Positions 29,689 to 39,077 of a stretch of 64,000 bases of DNA are shown here, piece by piece. The stretch lies in assembly GCA_963662275.1 (NCBI GenBank), contig OY759316.1, forward strand, positions 2,784,001 to 2,848,000. The letters are read 5' to 3'. The notes beneath the pieces were generated by a model. That model had not been told where the DNA came from and searched no databases. It saw only the letters and a program-made list of their open reading frames with translations. Made by a program: the position numbers and the translations under genes. Each line of letters starts with the position of its first letter. The first letter of the stretch is position 1. This DNA comes from Candidatus Cloacimonadales bacterium. Lineage in GTDB: Bacteria; Cloacimonadota; Cloacimonadia; Cloacimonadales; DAONDQ01.

Positions 29689-32600
29689 TTACTTCATCAG
29701 GATCATTTTCTTCGTCAAGCTATTCTTATCAGCATTCAGACGATAGAAGTAAACACCGGAGGAAACTTGATTACCCTTGTCATCTCTCCCATCCCATTTA
29801 GAGGAATAGAAGCCGGTAGTTTTTGTTTCATTTACCAGTGTCCTGACTTTTTGTCCTTTGATGTTAAACACATCTAGTGATACCTTAGATTCATTTACCA
29901 GAGAAAACCTGATGATAGTATCAGGATTGAAGGGATTGGGATAATTACCCATCAAGGCAGTTACCGTTGGTAACTGGGGATTATCAGAATCTGGATTATC
30001 CAATTTTATTTTGATGTAATTACCACTATGGTTTAATGAAGCAAATTGAGCCGTGTAGGTACCAGTATGATTGTCCAATACCTGGAAGGTTGGATTAGCC
30101 TGGGAGCCAGATTTAATTGGAGACCAATACTTGAATTCGACAGTCTTGCCTTCCAAAACCGGATCATCCAGGATATAGGCTTTCAGTTGGATTTCCTCAC
30201 CCTTAATTTTTTCAGCGCCTTTGCACACACCATCGACATAAATGGAAATTTCTTGAGGCTCTTTTCCCTCTTCATAACTGGAAAGATCAATATAGGCGAA
30301 GATAGGCAGATAATCGATTTTTTTATTATAGACGAAATGCTCTGCTTTTTCACGTTTGAAAAATGGGGAGATGGGCGGTTCTGGGTTTTCTCCACCCCAA
30401 TGAAATTGCATATCAGAATTACCGATATATCTAACGGCAACCATTTCTCCGGGGTTGATTACAAATCCGCCTTCATGACCTGCTGACATTGGTCCGATCC
30501 AAGTATCAGAGTATGTAAGCATGTTATTCGCATTTAAGACAAGCTCTCTTTCCATACACCATTCCTGGGATTTGATGGCAACGATATGGGGAAGAACAGA
30601 TGTTAATGCAACAAAAGGATTCATGCTCTTGTCGAGGAAATAGCCCAGCCACACTTCCCGTTCGAGAACTCCTGTTTCCGGATTCACTGTACAGCCGGCT
30701 GTGCCTGCGACAGGCGGCATTAATTCAAGGGAAGTTATAGAATTTCCGGTATTACCGGGCTGGAAACCATCAAACTCTATTTGCTTTGTTTCCGGTCCTG
30801 CATCCTGGCGTAATTGGATTTTATAGCCATATTGCGATCTGACTTGATGATTGGGATTAGAAAAGGCAAATATGGGTGGATTGTGTAAGACATCCCATTG
30901 CACACCACCTGCTTCTGTATTATAAAGCCATTGCAATTCACTTAATTGTCTGGCATTTGGATCACTATCGAACAAATCATTCTCTCTAAAGTTATTAAAC
31001 ACATTCGTAATATTATCAGCATTGCGGGATGAATTTGGATAATCGATCGCCGGAATACTGACCCAATTCCATTCTTCGCTTTTCTCCAGTGTGATCAAAC
31101 CGTTTCTGTGACCTGTATTCCAGGGAGTGAGCGCACCGATATCGAAACGAGAATGATCGCTATCCTCATCCCAGGGGAGATATTCGGAATGAAGGAGCGG
31201 AAAAGGATCAGGATCACCTGCATCGATGCAGGGAGATTTCACATCTTCATCCCAGATAGGGTGAAATTCACTATCCAATAGCATATTACTGACATTTGTC
31301 GATACTTGGAATGCGGTATCTACACCTGAATAACCGTGATTGAAAAGCGAATACATGACTGTATTAGTAGCTGTTAGTGACGGCATTTCAGGACGGGAAA
31401 AGACCGTGTTATTTGCTCCTGTTTGAAAGAGGCAATTATTAAACTTTGTTGTTAGATTTGAATATTTTTGCATTATTGCACCATAATAAGAAGAAGAAAT
31501 AGTATCCATAATAAAATCACAATTATTGATATTCAATTGCCCGCTGCATTGATTTGCGGCAAGCATAAAATCATGATCACCGCCCAGAAAAGTTATGATG
31601 TTATTTGAAAATGCATGGTCAGCAATATATGAATTGCTGAAAGAAAAATTGCATCCTGTAAAACACGGTCCAACTGTGCCATGATGATTCAGATAACCAA
31701 TAGGCATTGGGCTGTTATTTATGAAAGTATTGTTGTTGATCGACAAATTTACAGGACTATTAATGTAATCATCATCTGTCATCGTAATATCCAATGGACC
31801 ACTTGAACCGCTTGTATGATTATTAGTAAACAGGTTATTTTTAATTTTGATATCGCGACAATTTTTCAAATAAACTGCACCTCCAGGAGTACCAGAAGAA
31901 ATCTCTCCGGTGCCACTGGATCTGTTATTATCAAAAGTACAGTTTAGTATTGAAATCGTACTCGCCACTGCATGGATAGCACCTCCAAAAATACCGGAAT
32001 TGTCATGAATCAGACAATTATCAATTATAGCAGATGTGCTTGAAATACAAATAGCACCATAATTTGAATCTTCAATTAATCCATTATTATAGAATTTACA
32101 AGCAGTTAATGTGATAGGAACTGATGAGCTTAACGCTATTCCGTTCTCAAAATTACGCACAGTACAATTATCTAATGTCACATGTGCAATATGTCTTGAG
32201 AATGATAAACCTTCATAATTTGAGAGTAACCGCCCTTCAATCGTCAAACGATGGAAGATAAGTTGATTAATGGGGTTTTGAGCATTAACAATTATTGATC
32301 CTCGAATTACAATATTCGGATATAGACCGCTAATCGTTAAGCTTGGAATTGAAGAAGGAAGTTGCGATAGATTAATGTTTTCTTCATATGGCGTGGCAAC
32401 TCCGTTTACAATATTTCCAAGATCCACGTTAATTGTAACCGGTTGGGTAATCGTCTGCTCACTTTCTACAATTGCTCCTATTGCTTCAGTAATAGTTTCA
32501 TATCCCCCTGAACGGGAAGAAACCCTGATGTTATTGTATGGACACAAATGAACTTGTAGATTATCAATAGAAGTTGTTGAAGCATTTGTTGCATTGTAAT

Positions 32601-34332
32601 GAAATAGGACATATTTGATTGTTGGAAGAAAGCCTGCCTTTTCAAAAACAATTTTGATATTCGCATCCTTAAGTATGGTATATGGAACGAAAAATGAACC
32701 ATTAGCATGAACAAATTCATCTTCCATTTTTGTCGGTAACAATATTCCATTTACATATGCTTTAACGGTAATGTCACTGCAATTTGGTTCATCCACAATA
32801 CCGGATATAGTGAAAATCGCACGGTTTTCAAATTCTGATGACCATTTGAGAGCCTTACCAAAAACATTATTGTCAGCGACTGTCTGATCATCAACTTCAT
32901 GACGCCAATACCATTTAGGACCACCTGATGGACCAGTGAGAGGCATACCCAACATTGATTTATAGATAACTTTATCAAAGTTTGAATGATCTTCGATGTA
33001 TTTTTCAAGTGTCCAATCTACTGGTTTCATAACTGTATTTATTGATGTAAAATTAGAAATATCAAATTGAGAATCTGTTGGGGATAAGCCAGATTTACTA
33101 GCATTTTTTAAGTACAACGAAGAGCGTGTTGCAGCAATTGGAATGTCATAATTAAACATTCTATCTTCTTCAGGTTCCAAACCAAATGTAGAACCAGGCT
33201 GGCAATCATAAGGCAAGGATGGGACAGTTCGATTCGAAGAATAGAAAATTTCCGGGATTACAGTGTTGATGACAACTAAGTTAGGAACATTATTTACGTT
33301 ACCACTTTGTTCGAGCATTCCGTTTGAAATCGCAATACTCTGAATATTATTTTGCTTATAAGGAAATCCTGGCTTTTGACCGAGAGAGCTTCCATTATAA
33401 TAATTCAATAATTCGCTAACTTGTGCTGTATTGTCCCAATTTTGAATGTATTGAATGCGATCTTCTTGATTCATTTCTGAAAAAAAATCAGTACAATCTG
33501 CATTAGTATTCCCCATTCCATTATAATTGCTTTCTGAATTTGCATTTGTCCTAATTAGCTGCTTTGCCGAAGTACTATTAGAACTCAGTACTAATAATTG
33601 CAATCTTATATCACCCCCAAAGGAATTTACATCATCATTAAGTTCGTTAATTGAATCTATAAAATTCCAACTTACCATAGCACCTCTTTGCGGACTATCA
33701 ATTGCAACGTACTGATGACAATAATGAGGAATATTATTTTGTTCTGCAAAAGCCAAAGCATAACGGGAAAGAATACCTCCCATTGAAAATCCAGCTAATA
33801 TGGTTCCTTCGACCTCGGTATTTCCGTATAAGGAATGCACAAACTGGGTAGCTTGCAGGGTTGCCATAGCATTTGTTCGGGCATCTGTCCTACAGTCATT
33901 AAAAGTAAGTAAATAAATATCAAACTGACTTAAATCAAGATTTAATGTGGACAATTCAGATATTTTATGAAGGTGGTCTTTCCAATAATAGTATCGGCTT
34001 TTTGAATTTATCGGGTCATCACCATCAACAATGAGAAGAGGACGTTTTATAGATGATGTTGCATTTCCCTGTTGAAGAATATACAACATGTCTCCAGATG
34101 CGTTTTGATAAACTGAATTCATCGGAACAACAGAAAATTGTGGAGTTGCTTCTTCTACTAGTTCAGTGAAATCCTCTTGTGTGTCATAATAGTCAGCCCA
34201 TCCAGGTGGTGAATCAACATATAGTTCTATTTTTACCCCAAATTGATATGCTTGCTGATTGAGATGTTCCGAGCGAAGTGTAATAATGTTTCCATTCCAA
34301 TTTGTATTAATTAGATAAGTAGTATTAAACAC
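29689..34332 (-). CDS. Large protein with alpha/beta-hydrolase, beta-helix and FlgD-Ig tail; probably 5'-truncated
   Basis: GFSMGG nucleophile elbow and DSPQRGA; beta-helix repeats; NYPNPFNP tail; no signal peptide. Confidence 0.8.
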   Translation of the reverse strand: MFNTTYLINTNWNGNIITLRSEHLNQQAYQFGVKIELYVDSPPGWADYYDTQEDFTELVEEATPQFSVVPMNSVYQNASGDMLYILQQGNATSSIKRPLLIVDGDDPINSKSRYYYWKDHLHKISELSTLNLDLSQFDIYLLTFNDCRTDARTNAMATLQATQFVHSLYGNTEVEGTILAGFSMGGILSRYALAFAEQNNIPHYCHQYVAIDSPQRGAMVSWNFIDSINELNDDVNSFGGDIRLQLLVLSSNSTSAKQLIRTNANSESNYNGMGNTNADCTDFFSEMNQEDRIQYIQNWDNTAQVSELLNYYNGSSLGQKPGFPYKQNNIQSIAISNGMLEQSGNVNNVPNLVVINTVIPEIFYSSNRTVPSLPYDCQPGSTFGLEPEEDRMFNYDIPIAATRSSLYLKNASKSGLSPTDSQFDISNFTSINTVMKPVDWTLEKYIEDHSNFDKVIYKSMLGMPLTGPSGGPKWYWRHEVDDQTVADNNVFGKALKWSSEFENRAIFTISGIVDEPNCSDITVKAYVNGILLPTKMEDEFVHANGSFFVPYTILKDANIKIVFEKAGFLPTIKYVLFHYNATNASTTSIDNLQVHLCPYNNIRVSSRSGGYETITEAIGAIVESEQTITQPVTINVDLGNIVNGVATPYEENINLSQLPSSIPSLTISGLYPNIVIRGSIIVNAQNPINQLIFHRLTIEGRLLSNYEGLSFSRHIAHVTLDNCTVRNFENGIALSSSVPITLTACKFYNNGLIEDSNYGAICISSTSAIIDNCLIHDNSGIFGGAIHAVASTISILNCTFDNNRSSGTGEISSGTPGGAVYLKNCRDIKIKNNLFTNNHTSGSSGPLDITMTDDDYINSPVNLSINNNTFINNSPMPIGYLNHHGTVGPCFTGCNFSFSNSYIADHAFSNNIITFLGGDHDFMLAANQCSGQLNINNCDFIMDTISSSYYGAIMQKYSNLTTKFNNCLFQTGANNTVFSRPEMPSLTATNTVMYSLFNHGYSGVDTAFQVSTNVSNMLLDSEFHPIWDEDVKSPCIDAGDPDPFPLLHSEYLPWDEDSDHSRFDIGALTPWNTGHRNGLITLEKSEEWNWVSIPAIDYPNSSRNADNITNVFNNFRENDLFDSDPNARQLSELQWLYNTEAGGVQWDVLHNPPIFAFSNPNHQVRSQYGYKIQLRQDAGPETKQIEFDGFQPGNTGNSITSLELMPPVAGTAGCTVNPETGVLEREVWLGYFLDKSMNPFVALTSVLPHIVAIKSQEWCMERELVLNANNMLTYSDTWIGPMSAGHEGGFVINPGEMVAVRYIGNSDMQFHWGGENPEPPISPFFKREKAEHFVYNKKIDYLPIFAYIDLSSYEEGKEPQEISIYVDGVCKGAEKIKGEEIQLKAYILDDPVLEGKTVEFKYWSPIKSGSQANPTFQVLDNHTGTYTAQFASLNHSGNYIKIKLDNPDSDNPQLPTVTALMGNYPNPFNPDTIIRFSLVNESKVSLDVFNIKGQKVRTLVNETKTTGFYSSKWDGRDDKGNQVSSGVYFYRLNADKNSLTKKMILMK

Positions 34333-34550
34333 ATAATCAGTTGGAAATTCATCATTAGAAATTGTTTTTAGCTCTCCAAAAAATTGATAAGAACCAACTT
34401 CCAGAGGATGCTTTATGGATACTGTATGTATACTATATTTATTTACTTCGAATATATGATATCTTCTTATTAAAACCTACTGCACACTTTTAATAACAAT
34501 TGACAATACCTAATGCTTTTCTACAACTGGAACAGATTTGGAGGATATCT

Positions 34551-36440
34551 ATGCTGAATAGACTTTTTCTTTTCATGTTAATGAGTTTATTCCTATTAAC
34601 ATCCTGTACGATAGAACGGAAACATACGAATCCATTTGACCCGCTTATGAATATCACAACTTCTCCAAGTGGTTTAACCTTGGAACAGACCAGCGTTTCA
34701 TCAATACAGCTAAGTTGGAATGATACCTTCGAAGGTGAGACTGGATATCGTATTGACCGTAAAATCGGAAATGGAGTGTGGCAGCAGGTATATGCCCAAA
34801 CCAATAAAAACGTAAGTAATTATGTCGATGATAACATTCAGTTGAATGTGATATATTATTATCAAGTGTATGCACAGTTCGATGAAAACTATTCACTTCC
34901 TATCAGTGGAAATCTCAATACGATTATAGCTGCACCAACACAATTAGTAATAACTCAAACAGGAGTAACAACCGATCTTCTCCAATGGCAGGATAATAGC
35001 GCATGGGAAGATGGATTCATAATTGACCGAAAAGCAGGAACAGAAAACTGGGTGATAAATTACGATACTGTCGTGGCAAATCAAACACTGTATAGTGATA
35101 CTGATCTTATCCTGGATGTTTCTTATTCATATCGCATTAGGGCTTATGTAAATGAGACTTCAAGTGCATATTCGGAAACTACAACCATTACGCCTACTTC
35201 CACAGTGGCAACACCTGTTATGAATCCCGCCGGAGGTGTATATTCTTCTGCTCAAACAGTCACAATTTCATGCACTACAGCAGGAGCAACGATTCGATAC
35301 ACGACGAATGGTAGTCTGCCAACTTCATCCTCAACAGTATATTCGACACCCATAAGCCTTACTTCAACGGAAACAATTAAAGCGAAAGCGTTTAAGACAA
35401 ACTGGACTGATAGTCCTATCGCTTCTGAATCATATACAATTGAACAAATAGTAGCATTACCTACGATCAATCCCGCCAGCGGTACTTATACTTCTGTCCA
35501 AACTGTCACAGTTTCATGCACTACAGCAGGAGCAACGATTCGATATACAACGAATGGTAATGAACCTACTTCGTCATCAACTGTATATTCTAGCTCTTTT
35601 AACGTATCTTCTACAACAACCGTTAAAGCCAAAGCATTCAAAACCGGCTGGACGGATAGTCAGACAGCTACTTCTATTATTACGATAACGAGCATCCCTG
35701 TTAACCTGGTCTTAGTGCAGGGAGGTACTTTCAATAACGGAATCTCAAATGTGACTGTATCATCCTTTTACCTTGATAAATATGAGATTACACAAGCTTC
35801 CTATGAAACTGTTATGGGTAGTAATCCTGCCTCCGGATCTGGTGTTGGCAGTAACTATCCGGTATATTCAGTTTCCTGGTTTAATGCGATTGAATACTGT
35901 AACAAAAGAAGTATAGGTGAAAGTTTAACTCCTTGTTATAGCTACAGCACTTATGGATCAAATCCCCTGAGCTGGCCAACCGGGTGGAATACAGATGTGA
36001 ACAATAACACCAATGTATCCTGCAGTTGGACTGTCAATGGCTACAGGCTTCCTACCGAAGCAGAATGGCAGTTTGCAGCGCGGGGAGGCAATTCGACCCA
36101 TAACTATACTTACAGTGGCAGTAATACTATTGATGGCGTAGCTTGGTACGGAATAAATTCAGGTGATGTAACACATATAGTGGGTACAAAAACTGCCAAT
36201 GAGCTTGGTCTGTTCGATATGACCGGTAATGTATGGGAATGGACTTGGGACATTTATGGAACTTACTCAAATAGTGACCAGAATAATCCGCATGGTGCTG
36301 TAAGCGGATTATTTCGCATACATCGCGGAGGCAGTTGGAACAATAGTGCCAGCGATTGCACTGTTTCGGGGCGATTCTCCGGATATGCCACTGTCGATAA
36401 CGTTGATTTAGGCTTCCGTGTTTGTAAAAATGCCCCCTGA
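34551..36440 (+). CDS. Lipoprotein: FN3 x2, chitobiase/Fn3-associated domain x2, C-terminal FGE-sulfatase (CLec) domain
   Basis: GGAGG RBS before ATG 34551; lipobox LTSC; YRLPTEAEW, GLFDMTGNVWEW and RGGSW...GFR motifs. Confidence 0.92.
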   Translation: MLNRLFLFMLMSLFLLTSCTIERKHTNPFDPLMNITTSPSGLTLEQTSVSSIQLSWNDTFEGETGYRIDRKIGNGVWQQVYAQTNKNVSNYVDDNIQLNVIYYYQVYAQFDENYSLPISGNLNTIIAAPTQLVITQTGVTTDLLQWQDNSAWEDGFIIDRKAGTENWVINYDTVVANQTLYSDTDLILDVSYSYRIRAYVNETSSAYSETTTITPTSTVATPVMNPAGGVYSSAQTVTISCTTAGATIRYTTNGSLPTSSSTVYSTPISLTSTETIKAKAFKTNWTDSPIASESYTIEQIVALPTINPASGTYTSVQTVTVSCTTAGATIRYTTNGNEPTSSSTVYSSSFNVSSTTTVKAKAFKTGWTDSQTATSIITITSIPVNLVLVQGGTFNNGISNVTVSSFYLDKYEITQASYETVMGSNPASGSGVGSNYPVYSVSWFNAIEYCNKRSIGESLTPCYSYSTYGSNPLSWPTGWNTDVNNNTNVSCSWTVNGYRLPTEAEWQFAARGGNSTHNYTYSGSNTIDGVAWYGINSGDVTHIVGTKTANELGLFDMTGNVWEWTWDIYGTYSNSDQNNPHGAVSGLFRIHRGGSWNNSASDCTVSGRFSGYATVDNVDLGFRVCKNAP

Positions 36441-36642
36441 TAAGGAATAACTACCAAATCCTGTATGATTCTCTGCTCTGCCAATCTTTACATAAAAGCT
36501 AAGAGTTTGGAGTTCAATTTCCCAAGCAAAACTATCAGTAACCACCTAGCTAAAGGGGAAATTGGACTTCAAACACGACCTTTCACCATCGGTAGCGAAA
36601 AATCATTTTCTGGGAAATTCAAATTAGAGCTGTGATGTTATG

Positions 36643-36687
36643 AACGCACGGGGTGCGTTCTGCCACCTCACGGAGTGAGGCGTTCCG
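36643..36687. repeat. Double-hairpin REP-like repeat, copy 2
   Basis: aacgcac-ggg-gtgcgtt and cctcac-gga-gtgagg hairpins. Confidence 0.85.
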
Positions 36688-36705
36688 ATCACTTCGAACA
36701 TAAGA

Positions 36706-36792
36706 GCATTACGGTACCAATACGGTAGCAATACGGTAGCATTACGGTAAAAAACCGTATTCGTACCGTAATGGTATAGCAGTGGAACGGTA
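36706..36792. repeat. 11-bp repeat (SCAWTACGGTA) x4 followed by inverted copies
   Basis: gcattacggta ccaatacggta gcaatacggta gcattacggta ... accgtatt, taccgtaatg. Confidence 0.8.
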
Positions 36793-36970
36793 ATTGATTT
36801 AAGATTGAAGATTGAAGACTTCCAGAAACTTAAAACTAATAACTAAGAGTGGCAGAGGGGAAAGCAACCCCCTTATCTGTAATTCGATTATCACTTGAAA
36901 CTCCCTGCCACTTTTCTTGCTTGACATATTCATTTCAGTTAAATTATAGATAAATCTTGCAATTTAGGAA

Positions 36971-39073
36971 GTGAGTATGAAATACATTCTTTTTTGCTTC
37001 TTGTTTCTTTTTTTATCAACTATGTTTGCCAACACTTTTACTTCTATCAATACAAGTATGCTTGGTGCAATGTGGGATTCAGCAATTTGGGGAGACTATG
37101 ATAACGACGGTTACCTGGATGTCTTAATCGCCGGTTTCGCAAATTCAAGTATTTATATATCCTGGCTTTATCACAATAATGGTAATGGCACATTTACCAG
37201 GGTCAGTTCCGGAATACCGAGTGTTGAGTATAGCTATGCAGCCTGGGGGGATTACAATAATGATGGTTATCTAGATATTTTATTAAACGGCTATGATACA
37301 AATAATCTAATTTCTAGAATATATCGGAATAACGGTAATGGGACTTTCACAGATATCAGTGCCGGATTAACAGGTGTCAACCAGGGTTGCTGCCAATGGG
37401 GGGATTATGACAACGATGGGGATTTGGATGTACTTCTTACAGGATCCTTGACACCCGGTTATGGTGGTAATTCTCAAGTATCTAGGTTATATAGAAATAA
37501 TGGCAATGACACTTTTACAGAAGTTCCAGCAGGATTAATGGGATTGACTTATAGTTGCTGCCAATTTTTTGATTATGATAACGATGGAGATCTGGATATT
37601 TTAATAACCGGTGGCTATCAAGACACAAATGGTCAGTATATTTGTGAATCTAATCTTTACAGAAATGATGGAAATGGTTCTTTTATTTTGACTAATTCCG
37701 GATTAACCGGTGTTTGTGAAGGCTCCATTGCTGTCGGTGACTACAACAATGATGGTTATTTAGACCTCTTTTTGACCGGCTTTACTGGAACCATCGATGC
37801 AAATCGTGTTTCTAAGTTGTTCAGAAATAACCACGATAGCACTTTTACAGAAATAACATCTGATTTTATTGGTGTCAATGATGGCGGTGCGGCAACTTGG
37901 GGTGATTTTGACAATGACGGTGATCCGGATATTGTGCTGACAGGTTGTTACCAGGAAAATCCCACAGGAAAAGTAACCCGTTTGTATAGCAATGATGGCA
38001 ATGACATCTTCACAGATTCCCATGCCGGATTCTTAGATGTCTTTCATAGTACTGTAGCATGGGGAGACTATGACAACGATCATGATTTGGATTTATTGTT
38101 AACCGGATCGAATACCCAAACTTATGCAAAACTATATCAGAATAACGGTGGCTTGAGCAATACAAAACCTAATGCTCCTACCAATTTGCGGGTTACATAT
38201 CCTGGTGGTGCATATGTTAATTTTCAATGGGACACTGCTTCAGATCAACAGACTCCTTCTAATGGTCTGAATTACAATTTAAGGATAGGCTCAACACCGG
38301 GTGGAAATCAAATCGTGTCTTCCATGTCAAATTCAAGTGGATTCAGACACATTCCGTTTCGAGGAAATGCCAACTCAAATTGCAGTTGGAAAATACTTGT
38401 TTCAGCCTTACCAGTTCACTTTTATTGGAGTGTCCAAGCAATTGACGGAGCTTTTGAGGGTTCTTCCTTTGCACCAGAAGAGGAAGGTTATTCACAAGCA
38501 GCAGTTCTTTTATTAACATCTTCAAATGTTCAATTCGGTAATGTTGTTTATGAAGAACAATCGAATAGCGTTGGAGTCATTATCCAAAATACCGGATTGA
38601 ATTCTCTATCCATCAGCAACATTCATTTTCAGGGTACCCAATTTCATCAAAATTATTCCTATTTAGGAAGGTCAATCGCCCCTGGTGATACAGCTACGAT
38701 ATTGGTCACGTTTACTCCAGCAGCTATAGGTGCAAATTCAGATACACTATATATTGAATCCAATGCTGTTAATACCCCGATAGTAAAAGTTCATCTAACA
38801 GGTATCGGCATACATATTCCTCCCAAAAGTCCAGCAAATCTGATAGTCAATATCATTGATGATGATATTCATCTAACCTGGGATGCTGTAACACAGGATA
38901 CACATAATAATCCACTTATCACTGACTACTACAATATTTATTATAATGCTACTTCAAATCCTTATGGTCATTATATTTACCTGGACCGTGTTATGACTAA
39001 TCAATGCGTTATTGATATAGGACTTCAAGGATATTTCAAATTCTATAAGATTTCTGCGGTGAAGGAATACTAG
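36971..39073 (+). CDS. FG-GAP/VCBS repeat beta-propeller protein with FN3 and choice-of-anchor-D-like Ig domains
   Basis: Seven (W)GDYDNDGxLD repeats; signal peptide; VTFTP..G Ig domain. Confidence 0.92.
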   Translation: MSMKYILFCFLFLFLSTMFANTFTSINTSMLGAMWDSAIWGDYDNDGYLDVLIAGFANSSIYISWLYHNNGNGTFTRVSSGIPSVEYSYAAWGDYNNDGYLDILLNGYDTNNLISRIYRNNGNGTFTDISAGLTGVNQGCCQWGDYDNDGDLDVLLTGSLTPGYGGNSQVSRLYRNNGNDTFTEVPAGLMGLTYSCCQFFDYDNDGDLDILITGGYQDTNGQYICESNLYRNDGNGSFILTNSGLTGVCEGSIAVGDYNNDGYLDLFLTGFTGTIDANRVSKLFRNNHDSTFTEITSDFIGVNDGGAATWGDFDNDGDPDIVLTGCYQENPTGKVTRLYSNDGNDIFTDSHAGFLDVFHSTVAWGDYDNDHDLDLLLTGSNTQTYAKLYQNNGGLSNTKPNAPTNLRVTYPGGAYVNFQWDTASDQQTPSNGLNYNLRIGSTPGGNQIVSSMSNSSGFRHIPFRGNANSNCSWKILVSALPVHFYWSVQAIDGAFEGSSFAPEEEGYSQAAVLLLTSSNVQFGNVVYEEQSNSVGVIIQNTGLNSLSISNIHFQGTQFHQNYSYLGRSIAPGDTATILVTFTPAAIGANSDTLYIESNAVNTPIVKVHLTGIGIHIPPKSPANLIVNIIDDDIHLTWDAVTQDTHNNPLITDYYNIYYNATSNPYGHYIYLDRVMTNQCVIDIGLQGYFKFYKISAVKEY

Positions 39074-39077
39074 TCCC

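Noticed and set aside
36441..36970. DGR template repeat or RT next to the FGE gene
   Set aside because: No AAC-rich copy of the variable region and no RT motif found in the window
36971..39073. FG-GAP gene truncated by the IS
   Set aside because: The reconstructed empty site retains the same TAG, so the stop is native
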